Assembly: GCF_037042905.1 (NCBI RefSeq) | Contig: NC_087245.1 | Span: 12,154,001-12,218,000, forward strand | From: Lytechinus pictus | Lineage: Eukaryota | Reading direction: 5' to 3' | Length of the DNA: 64,000 nt | Notes under the pieces: generated by a model | Databases searched by the model: none | What the model saw: the letters and a program-made list of their open reading frames with translations, nothing else | What the model was told of the DNA's origin: nothing | Program-made: the position numbers and the translations under genes | In this document: piece after piece, positions 1 to 12,935 of the stretch | How the letters are laid out: each line of letters opens with the position of its first letter | Position numbering within the stretch: the stretch's first letter is position 1

Positions 1-325
1 ACTAAAACAATTGGATTGACAACTGATTAAGTGCATTAGTTATATATTGCTGCAACTTATTTCATCATAATGGAGACACATCATTTACACATGTATGAAA
101 TAATGAAACATTTATGAGTTTATGTAATAACATAAGAAAAATGAAAGTGGGGATGTGACATCATGAGCCCACCTAATGAATATTCATGACGATGTGCATA
201 TAACTGTTTTCACAAAATATTGAAAGTTTAAAGTTCGATAACTTGTGAACCCAGTGAACCCTTTGAATTTTACTCTATTTATTTAGATATAAATATTTTC
301 AGCCCAGACCATTTTCAGCCCGGAC
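1..325. mobile_element. Right half of a Kolobok/T2-like MITE (same family as 27882-28430), truncated by the window edge
   Basis: Shares 'gtggggatgtgacatcat..gcccacctaatgaatattcatgacga' and the terminal 'tttcagcccggac' with the complete copy at 27882-28430. Confidence 0.75.
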
Positions 326-1314
326 TCGCACTTCGCGCTCGCATTGTTTCTTCTGTGAGACGGGTACGTATCATGATGACAAAGATTTGCTTACAATGTC
401 CTTTTTTTAGGTCTGATACCGTCTGAATATCAAACATTTTTCAGCTCGCGCTTCGCGCTCGCGTTATGTGATCAGTGAGATACATATCCGTTTAATGGCA
501 CAATCCTGAAAATTTCTCTATTAGGTCATTAGCCCTATACCTGGCTATTTTTTTTGCTGGTGCTCCCACCCCCATGCCGTGACTCACGGTACGCCACTGC
601 ATGATGATAAATAGAATACAACAGCTTGCACTGAGCTTACATTACTAAGGAAATATAGTGCGTCAGTACAAAAGACACTCACCATGGATGAACGTACAAA
701 CTAAAAAGTCAAACTATGATAAACATTGGCAAACCTTTAGAAGTATGCCAAATTTGGTAAACCAGTTCCAATATCAATTCAATCCATAAACTACACAACA
801 TTTACAAAGAGTCAAATTCAGTAAAAACACTTGACTAAGTATGAAAGGAAAAAAAGCCCCTCTGATAAGGAAGGAAAAGGGACACAACTAGCTCGTATTT
901 GTTGATAATGAATACTAAGAAAAATGAAATGACGTTCAACAGGGTGGTGAAATAAGCGGGGCACATCCTATGCGCTTGGTTGCAGGGTAGATTTTAAAAA
1001 GAATATGTCATGTATGAAAACATATACATGAACATGTATTATTTTATCATATCCTAGTATTTTTTTCTTTCTCCATCCATCTGTTTCTTACAATTTCTGT
1101 AAGGAATGATTTCATTCAATAGCAACAAATCAAGAAAATTCTGGTGAGAAAAGTGATGGTCATCAATCAAGCGTGTATACGACATGCAATACTACCACGG
1201 TTCACGATCATGATCATACTTGTCATTTGATCAGGGGCTGCGATCCTGGGGGGAGGCACAGTGCCCCCCACACTTTTTGAAGCACTGAAAACACTACGCA
1301 AGAAAAATTCCCCC

Positions 1315-1810
1315 TCACGAACGTGTACTGTGCCCCTTTTATCGGAAGAGGACCCGTTTTAGGTGTTACCAAGTGCCCTTTCTCGTATAAGTGCCGATTA
1401 ACACCCCCCCCCCAAAAAAATGCTCCCTCACGAACGTGTTCTGTGCCCCTTTCACCTGAGAAGGACCCATTTTATGTCTGAGCAAGTGCTCCCTTGCCTT
1501 CTTGTAAGTGCCCTTTCTCGAATCAGTGCCCCTTTTTACCCAAGAAAAGTGCCCCTTACGAACGCCCTTTCTCGTATCAGTGCCCCTTTTTACCCAAGAG
1601 AAGTGACACTCAGGAACATGTCCTGTGCCCCTTTCACCTGAGAAGGACCCGTCTTATGCCGTTAGCAAGAGCCCCTCTTCATTCTTATAGGTGCCCTTTC
1701 TCGTATCAGTGCCCCTTTTCACCTAAGAAAAGTACGTGCCCCCCGAACGTGTTCTGTGCCCCTTTCACATAAGAAGGACCTGTTTTTATGTGTTAACAAG
1801 TGCCCTTTGC
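1315..1810. repeat. Degenerate internal tandem array (gtgcccctttt, cacctgagaaggacc and ctcgtatcagtgcc subunits)
   Basis: Repeated blocks such as 'gaacgtgttctgtgcccctttcacctgagaaggacc' near 1431, 1613 and 1745; these explain the repetitive ORFs 1420-1641 and 1494-1772. Confidence 0.85.
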
Positions 1811-2001
1811 CTTACTCGTAGGTGCCTGGCCTTCATATCAGATAAGTTGCTATGAAAAACAACTTTATTTAGTGATGTTCTGCTTCCTTCTGCAAGTGCA
1901 TAATGAATGAAAAAAATTGTAAAAATAATCCTACGTGCCTTTAGTTTATGAGTCATGTGAGTCGGGTAGATAAGTCTTTTTTTTATACTTTGTTTCAAGA
2001 T

Positions 2002-2234
2002 CATGGCTGTACGCATGGGGGAGACAGGGGCAGTTGCCCCCCCCCCCCCGAAATTTTGAAAAATTACATTTTTACTGCAAACTTTTCACAAAATTTATCA
2101 AAAGTATGCACAAAACCTATCAATTTCACTGCAAAAGCGCCTCAATGGTAAGCTCGGTCGCTTTGCTCCCTTGCTTTTAAGTTTTTTTCTCCAAAAAGTA
2201 TACGCGTACTACCCCCAGCGGACACACGGCCATG
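2002..2234. mobile_element. Small hAT-like MITE nested in the 1232-2302 element
   Basis: Ends catggctgt / (rc) catggccgt; flanks ttcaagat / tttaagat (7/8 TSD match). Confidence 0.65.
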
Positions 2235-2906
2235 TTTAAGATAGTGCCCTTATTTCCCTGTGCCCCCCCCCCCCCACTTTCAACTATGCTCCGCCGCCCA
2301 TGCATTTGATTCGTCATGGATATTACTATGTTCGATCGTAAATTAGTGGGGCATGATATAGGTCATACATATTTGATATATTGTGGGATGTAGTCCCCCA
2401 TCTTCACCTCAGGATCGACATCGTTGTTTTAATGTCGACTTTAAGTCATAATCAAGAAAACTTTAAAATTCACAATGCAACTCTTTTTAATCTATGATCC
2501 CTACCGGTTCTTAGATGTATATTTCACTCGTAAATTGTTTTATCTCAAGCACCTTGTGAAAATGTCAAAACTTATGATTACAAAACTCCAAGTCAACTGG
2601 TCTCGCCAACCTCCCTTGATGTGTTAAAACTTTCATTGAACCATCGACACGTATTATCTTTGATTAAAATTCATATCCTATACATGTCCCACATGAATGG
2701 TGTAGTTCAGTTCTCGTCACCGATTTCTCTAAAAATTTTGTTCGGGTGGATGACACCGTAGCAATCGTCAACCACTTAGCGTGGGCACCCAAGTCAATCA
2801 TATTGCATGGATTGAGAATTGCTTCCGCCATCAATGTCATATTAGGGTAGAATATCGCCTGGATTTATTTATAATTTCCATTTTTCCTCTTTTTGTTCTT
2901 AAACAG

Positions 2907-3230
2907 GAGAGATGGATCGCAAAATGGCGGGAATCATCAATGGCCATTTCAAGTCTGTTCGGAATGTAGTGGTGGAGCCAGCGGAAAAACAGCTTGCTAT
3001 CTATCGCTCTGTTCTAGAGAGCGACAAGTCCAAATTCAAAGGCATTGATTTTGACCTCCGTCAGATGGTCTTTGACGAGTATCGTGAGCACGAGGGCGAG
3101 CATCCACCCAAATACCACTTCATCAACGCTATGCAATCCATTTACTACATCGATGACGTTAACGATACCTTAAGATATCTCTATGCCTCCTTGGAGGAGG
3201 GCGGGGTTATGTTGATAACCACTCTCTCGG
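2907..3230 (+). CDS. Histamine N-methyltransferase-like (class I SAM methyltransferase), internal coding exon
   Basis: Polypyrimidine tract + cag acceptor ending at 2906, donor gtaagc at 3231. Translation (G)EMDRKM...NVVVEPA...KYHFINAMQSIYYIDDVNDTLRYLYASLEEGGVMLITTLS matches HNMT-family motifs (VVEP, hFI..Q.lYY, L..GG). Phase 1 at both ends. Confidence 0.85.
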
Positions 3231-3811
3231 GTAAGCAGTTTTTCAATAACCGATAAAGGTAAGCTCTATCATGATATCTAGTCATATGGAGGAGAAAACG
3301 TGAGGAGAGTTGGTAAATTTTATCGCATTAATGAAGAAACAACAACTTTTCTTTTGAAAATGGCATGTGTGTGAAAATGGCATGTGTGGTGTAGTTGGAT
3401 CATTCAAAAGATGCTTTTACTTTACTTTACTTTACTCCAAAGATGTTGTAGGATTAAGCCTGTTCATCGATCAAGGTAGAGATGTTTATTGCTATTATCA
3501 GACAAAATTATACAGGTGCTCTACTTGTGTTGGCAGGGAGGGGTGGCAGTGGTATCGTGGACAGCCAAAAAATCCATGAACACACAAAACACTTGAAAAT
3601 CTTTCTAAATCTTAGAAGACTTGAAACTACGGAGATTTAAAGGAAATAAGAGATTGAATTAAATGACAGGAAATGTGGTACACGATCGGATGGTACATCA
3701 CATGACTTCATATTACCAAATGATACATGAGATAACATTCCATTGAATTTCATTAAATGAAATATTGATATTAAATAAAACTGGATATTTTTTCCGTATT
3801 TCACGTTGCAG

Positions 3812-4173
3812 ATGCATGTGGTTTCCAGCTGGTGTGGAACCGCTTCCCCCAAGTACAGGACGTGGCCGGACCATACCCAGGCACCAACGATATCCGACAG
3901 AGCCTGTTGGATCTCAATATCAAGTTTGAAGAAAATCACCAGAGATTATACGGGGACATAACAAGCTGTTTCCAGGAAGGGTCAAAGGAAGGGGAACTCA
4001 TCGTCGATTTCTTTAGTCAAATCATCGATCTCCGTGGTACGTCGCCCGAGCTCTATCAGGAGGTTGTCGATTATATGGGTTCGGAGCAGTGCTCGGAGAA
4101 AAAGAAAGACGGGACAATTCTCATTAACAGCGACTGGGACGCGTTCGTGGTGTACAAACCACTCTCCATCTAA
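3812..4173 (+). CDS. Histamine N-methyltransferase-like, terminal coding exon
   Basis: Acceptor ttgcag ending at 3811, phase compatible with the previous exon (G|AT = Asp). DACGFQLVWNRFP...DITSCFQEGSKEGELIVDFFSQI...SEKKKDGTILINSDWDAFVVYKPLSI* resembles the HNMT C-terminus. AATAAA near 4173 and at 4201. Confidence 0.85.
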
Positions 4174-4808
4174 ATAAATACTCTAAACATTCTGTAGAAG
4201 AATAAACGGCATCCAGACAGTATTGATACAAGCACAAAATGAGGGACGAACAGTTAGACCAAAATCATCAAAGAATAATAGAGCTATAATTCTAAAAATT
4301 TTCACTTTGTAAACTCGTATGCAAGCAGCTACTCCATGTAACATTTTCTTTTCTTTTTATATTTTATACATATTGTAACGAACTCCATTTCTGCTTTTAT
4401 GTCATAGAGAGCTTACAGAGTCTGTATACATAGACTATGCGGAAAAAGTGCTGGGGGTTCTGTGAATTAACGAAAATTAGCAAAAATCGCATATTTTATG
4501 AACATGTTGGAGTTGTCATGGTCTCTTCTGATTAATTGTAAAAAAAGAAGTTGTCTAAGCATAACCCAGTCGTTTTATTTGAGAAAGCAGGCCGATTAGC
4601 AAAGTTAATGAAGTTATTGTAGCTATTGTAGTCATTTTAGTAACTATTTTATCGAAGTTTTAGTAAATGCATAAATATGAGGAATCATTGGAAAATGGGA
4701 GAATAGTCTTTTAAAGCTTAGCCCATTGCACAGGGCCCGCCTTACCTTTCATGGGTCTCATATTTGTTCTGTGCACTGATTAATATTTAATCTTTGATAA
4801 ATTAAAGG

Positions 4809-5236
4809 CAGTGTTTCCATAGATCCAACACAAATTTCCCGAAACTAAATACCAAATTTCCCGAAATTCATACATTTCCTAGAATTTTCAAGTTTTGAAT
4901 TTTAACAAACATGGGGCAACAATACAGCGAGCCTAAATTTGGTCCAAATGACGAAAAACAAAGAATTTAACATTTTTTTTTGTTCATGCCCTCTTTAGAA
5001 ATAGGAACAAAATTACAAAATGCGAGCGCAGGGCGCGAGCGGAAAATTTTGAGCTACTTATCGAGGTAAACACTTCTTTAAGGTATAACATGAATATTAA
5101 AAGTTGCCATGTTTTAATTGTAATTTTGGGATTTCACGGAATTACCTAAAAAAAAAACCCGGATTTGTTCATTACCTTAAAATGATCAAAATTACCCGGA
5201 ATTTGGGTAATTATTTCCTTCAAAGTGGAAACACTG
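4809..5236. mobile_element. hAT-like MITE
   Basis: TIR cagtgtttcca / tggaaacactg; flanks attaaagg / gtcaaagg (degenerate 8-bp TSD). Confidence 0.65.
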
Positions 5237-6559
5237 GTCAAAGGTAAAGATCAAACTTAATCCTACACTAGCTCTCTGGACTACGTTAATTGGAGTGTTA
5301 TAAAAGGACAAATGATAATTGGTGTGTGAAACGAATGCTGGTGACTGAATGGTCGACGGATGTGAGATTGACTGAAGTGAGACGTGAAAGGTGATCGATT
5401 GCAGTCGACGGATGATCTAACTGGAGAAACAGTCTTTTCCATAAACCATCAGCAACGGACGGTCAGGCACGGTGGCATCCTGCAAGAAAACCGTGTCAGC
5501 TGAAAGTTGGATTCGAGGCCGTCACAATATTACAGACCTATATCATGATCCCCATAAAGAGAAGGGACTCTAAGCATGGTAAGGAATTGAAGCATATAAG
5601 AGATGGAATCTAAACTAAATCAAAATAAAACATCGACCGATCCGGTATGCAAACAAAATATTTTTAAAGGTTTGTAAAAGATGGGTAGAAATTGATAGCA
5701 GATCCTTGAAAGGATCAGTATTGTCAAACATCACATTTTCTTTTTTAAGTTGATAATACAAGCATTCAATCTTTGAGAAACGTATAATGTGTATTACATG
5801 TTATACATATAATATTTGATTTTGATACTATCTTATTACAATGCAGCAATGTATATCAGTGATTATTATTACGAACAAAATCAATAATATATTGATTACA
5901 GAATATTACTGAGACTAACCCTTAATTTTTTTTTTTTTTCTCTAGGTCCACAAGCAGTTCAGTGCTGGCGGATCCAGATTTCGCCAATCGTAAAAGTAGC
6001 GTAAAAAGTAGCGCTGATCTGTTACAGTTACTAAACGCTTGTGGACGCTTCTTCTTACATGTCTAATTTTGAACATCCCCCCCCCCCCTTTTCATAATTA
6101 TTTTTGCACTGCCAATAGGGGGAGCGGCCGCTTCACCCCCACTCGATCTGCCTATTCATACTCGGTTCATCTATAGCCGTAAGTTGTAAAATGGTAAACA
6201 AACCAAACGTGTATACGATGTAGATCTATTTGGAGAAGATGGTGTAGGAGAATCCTCATGTCAACCTGCTGTTAGAAATATAACTATAACGGTTTGTGGA
6301 AAGGTCAAAAGTTGCGGTCTATTAAAATTGTTAAGTAGCTTTGTCTTTTGTCGAAACAAGTTACCGGCCATGCATTCAATTATCAGTCCTCGGCACGTGC
6401 CTGATTGGTCTGTTCTCTCTTCAGTCCAGTTTTATCTTCGTATGTTTTTCTTGATATACCTTTTTGTTTGTTGATGCGGACCTCTGTATCTGTAATAAAG
6501 TTTTGACTTAGATAGAACATGGAGCTATAAAACACAGATAGCTTCATGGGTAGAATATA

Positions 6560-6847
6560 GGGGAGATCGGGGTTTTTTGGAACGCGGGGTAAGTTGAAAC
6601 ATTGTAATTTTCTTTAACGCCTGTAAAATAAATTTATGCAATACTGCCCTCAACATTTATTGCTATTAATAATACAGCATTTATGCAATACTGCCCTCAA
6701 CATTTATTGCTATTAATAATACAGCACTGTTGTATTATTAATAGCAATAAATATTGAGGGCAGTATTGCATAAATTTATTTTACAGGCGTTAAAGAAAAG
6801 TACAATGTTTCAACTTACCCCGCGTTCCAAAAAACCCCGATCTCCCC
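6560..6847. mobile_element. Near-perfect palindromic MITE with TA TSD (Tc1/mariner-superfamily-like)
   Basis: ta|ggggagatcggggttttttggaacgcgggg ... ccccgcgttccaaaaaaccccgatctcccc|ta; ~120-bp arms with an internal ~47-bp tandem duplication. Confidence 0.85.
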
Positions 6848-7106
6848 TAGAATTACTCACCTGCACAGGAATAAATTCCTATAAGTAAATAGTTGCTCCC
6901 ATTTATAAAATGCAATACCATAGATAAATGAAAGTTGGTATCTTTTGGTTTAAATCAAGCCGACTCTGGCGCGGCGGAAGGTATTTTCGTTTGGGAGGGG
7001 GGGGGGGGGGAGCAAAGCCAAAAAGGGCACTTATATGTCAAAATAGACATTTTGGCGCAAACGGATATTTTCACCATGACATTATCATCTGCGTGAAGTA
7101 GTTGTG

Positions 7107-7338
7107 CACTGCAAAAACTCGTGTGTTGATTTACCATCAGCCCGGAATCTAAATACCTATGTCCACACCTGCAGAGAAGTATTAAAACAACACCAGTTTA
7201 GAATTAAACCGATGCTTTTTTAATACTAACTGGTGTGGTGTTAGACCAAAACCAAACTGGTGTTGTCTAACACTTCTCTGGTGTAGACTTATACAGATTC
7301 CGGGCTGGTGGTAAATCAACACCGGAATTTTTGCAGTG
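7107..7338. mobile_element. CACTG-terminal (CMC/EnSpm-like) MITE
   Basis: ~45-bp TIRs cactgcaaaaa..gtgttgatttaccatcagcccggaatct / agattccgggctggtggtaaatcaacac..tttttgcagtg. Confidence 0.75.
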
Positions 7339-7822
7339 GGTGTTTTGTAATAATTAAGACTTTTTGAAGTGATTTCTGATAAATAAAATTTACATTATTT
7401 AGGCTTCATTTTTTCGTGAGCAAGCGTCCCTACATAGCGAATGATAAAAAATCAATGAAATGTCATTTTCTCTGAAAATTTAAAATGAATATCAATATAT
7501 AAATTATTTTACACCCAATCATGAAAAGAAAAGAAAAATAAGTCATCAGGAACCATTAAAAAATGAAATTCATGCATTTTATATTACATAACACATGGAG
7601 CACCTACTCGTTTATTTCGTCACAAATCCAAAACTTATTATAATAACTTTCTTAATCTTCTAAACCTTCACCAATATCTTATATTATTTTTTCTGTTATT
7701 CTTACAACAAACTTTTTTTCAGGGTGAACTTCCCCTTTAATTCCGTATGTGAATACGCTTACTTATATGAACAATATATATGATTTCTCACAGCTATTAT
7801 TTTATGAATTGGCAATACTCAC

Positions 7823-8048
7823 GTTCAAATCAGCTGACTTTGATGAACTATACATTCCTTTCACTTCTGCGCGAGAGCATGTCTGCGTCGATGCGTTAAT
7901 GTCATGTGACTGCAAATGTGCACTGTGATTGGTCTTTGCTATCGTTACCATGACGACACTGAGGTTGAGTCGCAGGACGTGCACAGTAGAGATACCAACA
8001 AAGGCGAGAACAGCAAATAGCCATCTTGCGGAGCAGGTACAGTGCATA
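7823..8048 (-). CDS. SLC17 family (sialin/VGLUT-like) MFS anion transporter exon encoding TM1 and the first luminal loop
   Basis: Branch-like ctgac, pyrimidine tract and tag acceptor (8049-8050); donor gtgagt at 7822. CSARWLFAVLAFVGISTVHVLRLNLSVVMVTI matches the SLC17 'R..l...G....Y.lR.NlSva.v.M' signature and is followed by N-glycosylation sequons (NHS, NAS). Confidence 0.75.
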
Positions 8049-8279
8049 CTATAATCAAAAAAGGGAAAAGGCGGACGGATTTCACAGTCAGCTTTCGAAA
8101 TCTGTTAACGATGACATAATGGGATATCCAACGCCACCGGAGACTCTGCCTCAGGTCCGGGCCCCAGGTCCCATGCAGTAAGGGCTAGCTCTGTAAACTT
8201 CAAAGAGCTCTAATTTATGCCCCCTGAATGGAACCTTCCTGCTTTAGGTCTAAGCACCGGCGTGGAGGGGGGTGGCTAT

Positions 8280-9386
8280 CATGGGTGTCGATCACGGGGG
8301 GATGGGGGGGATATATCCCCCCCCCCCCAATATTTCAAGTGGGGGGGATGGCCTGTATTATCATCCCCCAATAATTTAGGGTAGAAAAATTATAATAATG
8401 ATGATGAAAAATTGAAAAGTTTGATCATGATGATTATAGTGATGATTATAGTATGACATCAATCAGTTTGTTTCCCTTGCAATTTGTGTATATTGGTATT
8501 AAATGAAAACATTCTTTTTCAGGACTATTGGAAGTTCAAGATAAAAAAGAATGAAATGTTTATGTATATGATATTTTTTAACACATGACATAAAAGGACC
8601 CCAACGAAAAACAACTTTTGTTGATAGGGTGTTCCATCCCACCAGTGGTGAATGAATTAATTTTAATAAATCAATTAATTCAAAAGGGTGGAAAAACAAA
8701 CGGGAGTAAAAGGGTGGCAAGATAAATCGTCTAAGGAATGACCATATAGCTATTAGAGTAATAGCCCCACCAATGAAAATATTTGGGGGGAACATATCGT
8801 TTTGCCCCCCTCCCAATAATTCCGCATGTGCAACTAAAAATAAAATAAGATTGTAATGCTACACTGAAACCAGCAAGCGAGATTAAGATACCAACTCGAT
8901 TTTGATCTAAAATCGTGCTCAAAATGTCTGCTTTTCAGATCGGAATATAAAAAATTTCAGCTCGCGCTTCGCGCTCGCATCATTTCTGTACCAAAACCCC
9001 ATACTTTTCATGATTAAATAGGTGAATAGAATGTCCCGTTTTCAGTTCTATACCTCAAAAGCGTCCATTAAATTGTCTTTTTGTCCAGATCGAAATTTTA
9101 AAATTTTCAGCTGACGCTTTGCGCTCGCATCTATTGTTCTTCTAGATACCCATCTTAATCATTGGTACCAAAAGTGCTTAGAATATCAAGCTTTCACGTC
9201 AGAATATAAAGAAATTTTAGCTCGCTCTCTAGTGAGATACATGTATCTATGCTCCTCATGAGTTACTACAAGCAAACCTAAACAGGTACATTTTTCCTGT
9301 TTTCATGTCATACTAAAAATTTTCAGCTCGCGCTTCGCGCTCGCATTGTTGGTGAGGTTGAGATATGTGTCTCTTTCTCATGATTC

Positions 9387-9420
<34 letters not shown>

Positions 9421-9835
9421 GGCCTATGTGTAGGGGTGTGTGGGTGAGTTTGTTCGTTTTATATGATCGAGCGTCTTTTGGAACGTTGATTCATGATTTT
9501 GCCCCCCCCCCCAATCTGAAAAATGGATCGATGCCCCTGTGTATACATCATGCTCAATCAACAGATTACTATGTACATGTTCCAGATAATTTTTGTCATT
9601 TTTTCTTTCGTATGAGTTTAGAATAGGCTTACTTGTAACACAAATTGAATTAAAAAAAATTATATAAGTACAGTACACTACAACAATGAAGGAATTTCCA
9701 AGAACACCATGCATATCAATCACTCCCAAATGTCCTAACTTGTGATTTTAGTGGGGGTAATGTTGAAAGATCCCCATCCACAAGAACTTTTGTGTCATCA
9801 TCCCCCCCAACCAAGAATACTGATCGACACCCATG
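8280..9835. mobile_element. Non-autonomous hAT-like transposon (1.56 kb) with nested fragments
   Basis: Perfect 15-bp TIR catgggtgtcgatca / tgatcgacacccatg; perfect 8-bp TSD gtggctat (8272-8279, 9836-9843). Confidence 0.9.
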
Positions 9836-9987
9836 GTGGCTATGTTCGACAACAACAAAAAAGGAAGGAGGCAACGAAAGAAAATAAAAGGAAAAAGTAA
9901 ATTACGATATGTTATTTGCTGAATATAATGTCAAAACCTATAACATTAGAATTTAATTGTATGAGAAGTTATTCCATTATTGCCATG

Positions 9988-11950
9988 TTTACTTACTTAC
10001 TTGGATTTACTTGGATGTAGAGACATAAAGCTATAAAGCTTATTTGTCCCTCGTCACGTAGGGTTGTCTCTGGTTTGGTGAATATTTTAATGGATGGGAT
10101 TTCCAGTGCCTCTCGATTGCAGATTTAAATGCATTTACACTAGTAGCAGATACTGCTACTTCAGGCAAAGCATTCCAGTTATTAATGCTTCTAACTGTAA
10201 AAGCATATTGCCGTGTCTGTAATCTACATCTGTATTTCCTGAATTTCATACTATGACCTCTGGTCCTTTTATTATCATCAAGATGGAACAGGCTACTCAG
10301 ATCTATCCGATCAATACCTCTTGTGATTTTGAAGATTTGAATGAATTCTGCTCTTTGCCTTCTGTATGAAAGAGTAGGGAGTCCCAAAATTCTCAACCTT
10401 TCAGGGTAATCTAAATGACGGGAATGTTGGGAAGTAGTCTCGTCGCTCGTTGCTGTATCTTTTCTAGTTGATCTTCATCTTTTTTTAAGACTGGAGCCCA
10501 AGCAGGATTACAATATTCTAGGGTAGGACGTACAATAGCTTTGTAGAGTTTGAGCCAGCCCTTCTCATTTAGAGCCGTGAAGGATCTCTTAATTATGCCA
10601 AGCTTGGTATCGGCTCTTTTTGTAATATCAGCAACATGTTCACTGAAGGAGAGGGATTTGTCGAACACGACTCCTAAATCTCTCTCTCTATCTTCTGGTT
10701 TGACTTCACATATTCCCTCTTCGGTTGGCATCTGATATTGAAAGTTTTTATTCCTACAACCATAATGTACAACCTTGCATTTTGAGTTGTTGAACTTAAG
10801 TTGCCATGCTTTCGCCCATTCCCTCACGGCATTTACGTCATCTTGAAGATCATTTGCATCACTCTGTGAGTCCACTATTCTATACATCTTTGTGTCATCA
10901 GCAAATAACATATTGGACTTGACAGATTCAGGTAGATCATTTATGAAACATATGAATAAAGTGGGTCCGAGGACACTACCTTGCGGAATTCCGCTAGTAA
11001 CCGGAAGCGAAGTGGAAAGTTTTCCATTTACAGATACTTTCTGAGATCTACCAGATAGATAGGCTTCAATCCAGTTTAACAGTTGGCCACCAATACCGTA
11101 TGCTTTCAATTTGGAGATCAGACGCTGGTGGGGGACACTATCGAAAGCCTTTTGATAGTCTAAGTATATACAATCAATTGAGTGACCGTCATCGATGTCC
11201 CTGGTCCAATCCTCGAGTACTTCCAGCAACTGTGTCGTACAGGATCTGCCACTGCAGAATCCATGTTGGTTGTCACAGAGAAGATCCTCTCCCTCTAAAT
11301 GTTGCAAGAGAACTTTCCCGTACAATCTTTTCCATGACTTTACAAGTTATTGATGTTAGACTAACGGGTCTATAATTGGATGGATCACTCTTTTTTTGCT
11401 TTCTTGTACAGAGGAATTACAATAACTTGACTCCATGACTCAGGAACAGTACCCTCCTCCATCAGCTTCGTAAAGATTATCTTGAGTGGTGTACTTATCT
11501 CATTATATATTTCTCTTAATACTCTAGAGTTGATTCCATCTGGACCAGGAGACTTATTAATGTCCAGTTTGGACAGTATCTCTTCTATGTCTTGTTCCCT
11601 GAATTCAATCTTTGTCAGCTCTGTCCGAGTCTTCTTCTGAATATTTGGTATAGAAGTCAGATCTTCTTCAGTAAAAACACTACCGAAGAAGGAATTGAAG
11701 GTAGTTGTCTTCTCTTCGTCGGACCTGGCTAGGGAACCATCTTGATTTACTAGGTCAGGAAAAGTAGCTTTACACTTGGACTTGCTCTTGACATATTTCC
11801 AGAAACATTTAGCATTATCTTTCACCTCCTCTGCAATTTGGTTTTCGAAAGATGATTTTGCATTCCAATCTGCCTCAGACCTACTCTTCTGATATTTATT
11901 CTATGATTTACGTTTGAGTTTGATTATTTCCAAGTACCCCTCAAAATACT
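9988..11950 (-). mobile_element. 5'-truncated CR1-clade LINE (ORF2 reverse transcriptase, frameshifted)
   Basis: ORFs 11385-11825, 10411-11325 and 10040-10396 carry KSPGPDGI, NQHGF, YLDYQKAFDSVPH, GIPQGSVLGP, FADD, VRPTLEYC..AW.P and RTRGHS; short (AAGT)-type tail near 9990. Confidence 0.95.
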
Positions 11951-12169
11951 TGTGCATTACTGATTGAGGTAATGTGTTGCGTAAGGCATAGACTCGTGAT
12001 TTGAATAAAAATAGCGGCCATCTTTAAGGCTTAAAATGGCCGAATCTCGAGAAGTTCCAGGGCTCTGTCCCGAACCCTATAGTACTGGCGTACAGATGGA
12101 GGAGTTTGAGCCCATGGCCCCCGAAAGTTCTACAACCAAGAACAAAAAAGGAGAAAAGAAAGGAAAGGA

Positions 12170-12935
12170 TGATTTTGCCTCATTTAATGTATTGTTACAC
12201 TGTCTGGGCGAACACATATCCCACCAGGCTCCTTGGATTACAAAAGAAGATCGTTAAAATATGTTGCATGTCTGATTTTAATACTCCCTCAAAACCACAA
12301 AATTAATTTCCTAAATATAATATATATCAATTGAATCAATATTGTATCACATTAATGGTTTCAAACATGAACAAAATAAAGTGCTGTATAATCTTGCCTC
12401 TATGATCAAATGTAAAATATTAATGCACAGTTATAACACTAGAAATCCTGTAAATTATTACGTTGAAGAATGTAAAAATACAGCATCTTCCTTTTCTTTT
12501 AAATTTAAAGGACCTTGCATTTGGAATTCTCTTCCCCGTAACATAAAAAAGGTTTCATATTTGAATTCCTTTAAAACCTAAAAACTTTCTTTTAATTCAA
12601 CCTTTCAAAATCTTAATTTAATTCACCCCATCATATTCCCTTACTATTATAGGTTTACAAGTCTTGAATTTAGGATTTTATATTTTACTGTAGATAGGGA
12701 CTGCCTCGACAGAACCTTTGGTTTGTTCTTTTGCAGCTTCCCATTTTGTGTTCTTTTGCAGCTTCCCATTTGTGTTCATTTTATGCATGTATTCTGTAGC
12801 CTTTGTACAATCTTAGCTTTCTTATCTTATTTGCATCTTACTATGTATATTTCTTTCTGTTTTTTTTTTCTTTACTTCTTGTGTTTTTGTTCATATGCTC
12901 GATATAGTTTAATGGATTTAAATAAATCAATAAAT
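12170..12935 (+). mobile_element. Degraded 3' fragment of an L2/Crack-like LINE
   Basis: ILPHLMYCYTVWAN..LQKKIVKI, HSYNTRN, GPCIWNSLP; 3' UTR ends aataaatcaataaat. Confidence 0.75.

Larger units (their letters stand above)
1232..2302. mobile_element. Non-autonomous hAT-like DNA transposon, 8-bp TSD
   Basis: Perfect TSD catttgat at 1224-1231 and 2303-2310; imperfect TIRs caggggctgcg / (rc) catgggcggcg; G/C runs next to both ends. Confidence 0.8.

Noticed and set aside
1315..1810. CRISPR-like repeat-spacer array
   Set aside because: Units are degenerate tandem subrepeats without unique spacers, lie inside a TSD-flanked eukaryotic transposon, and have no cas genes nearby.
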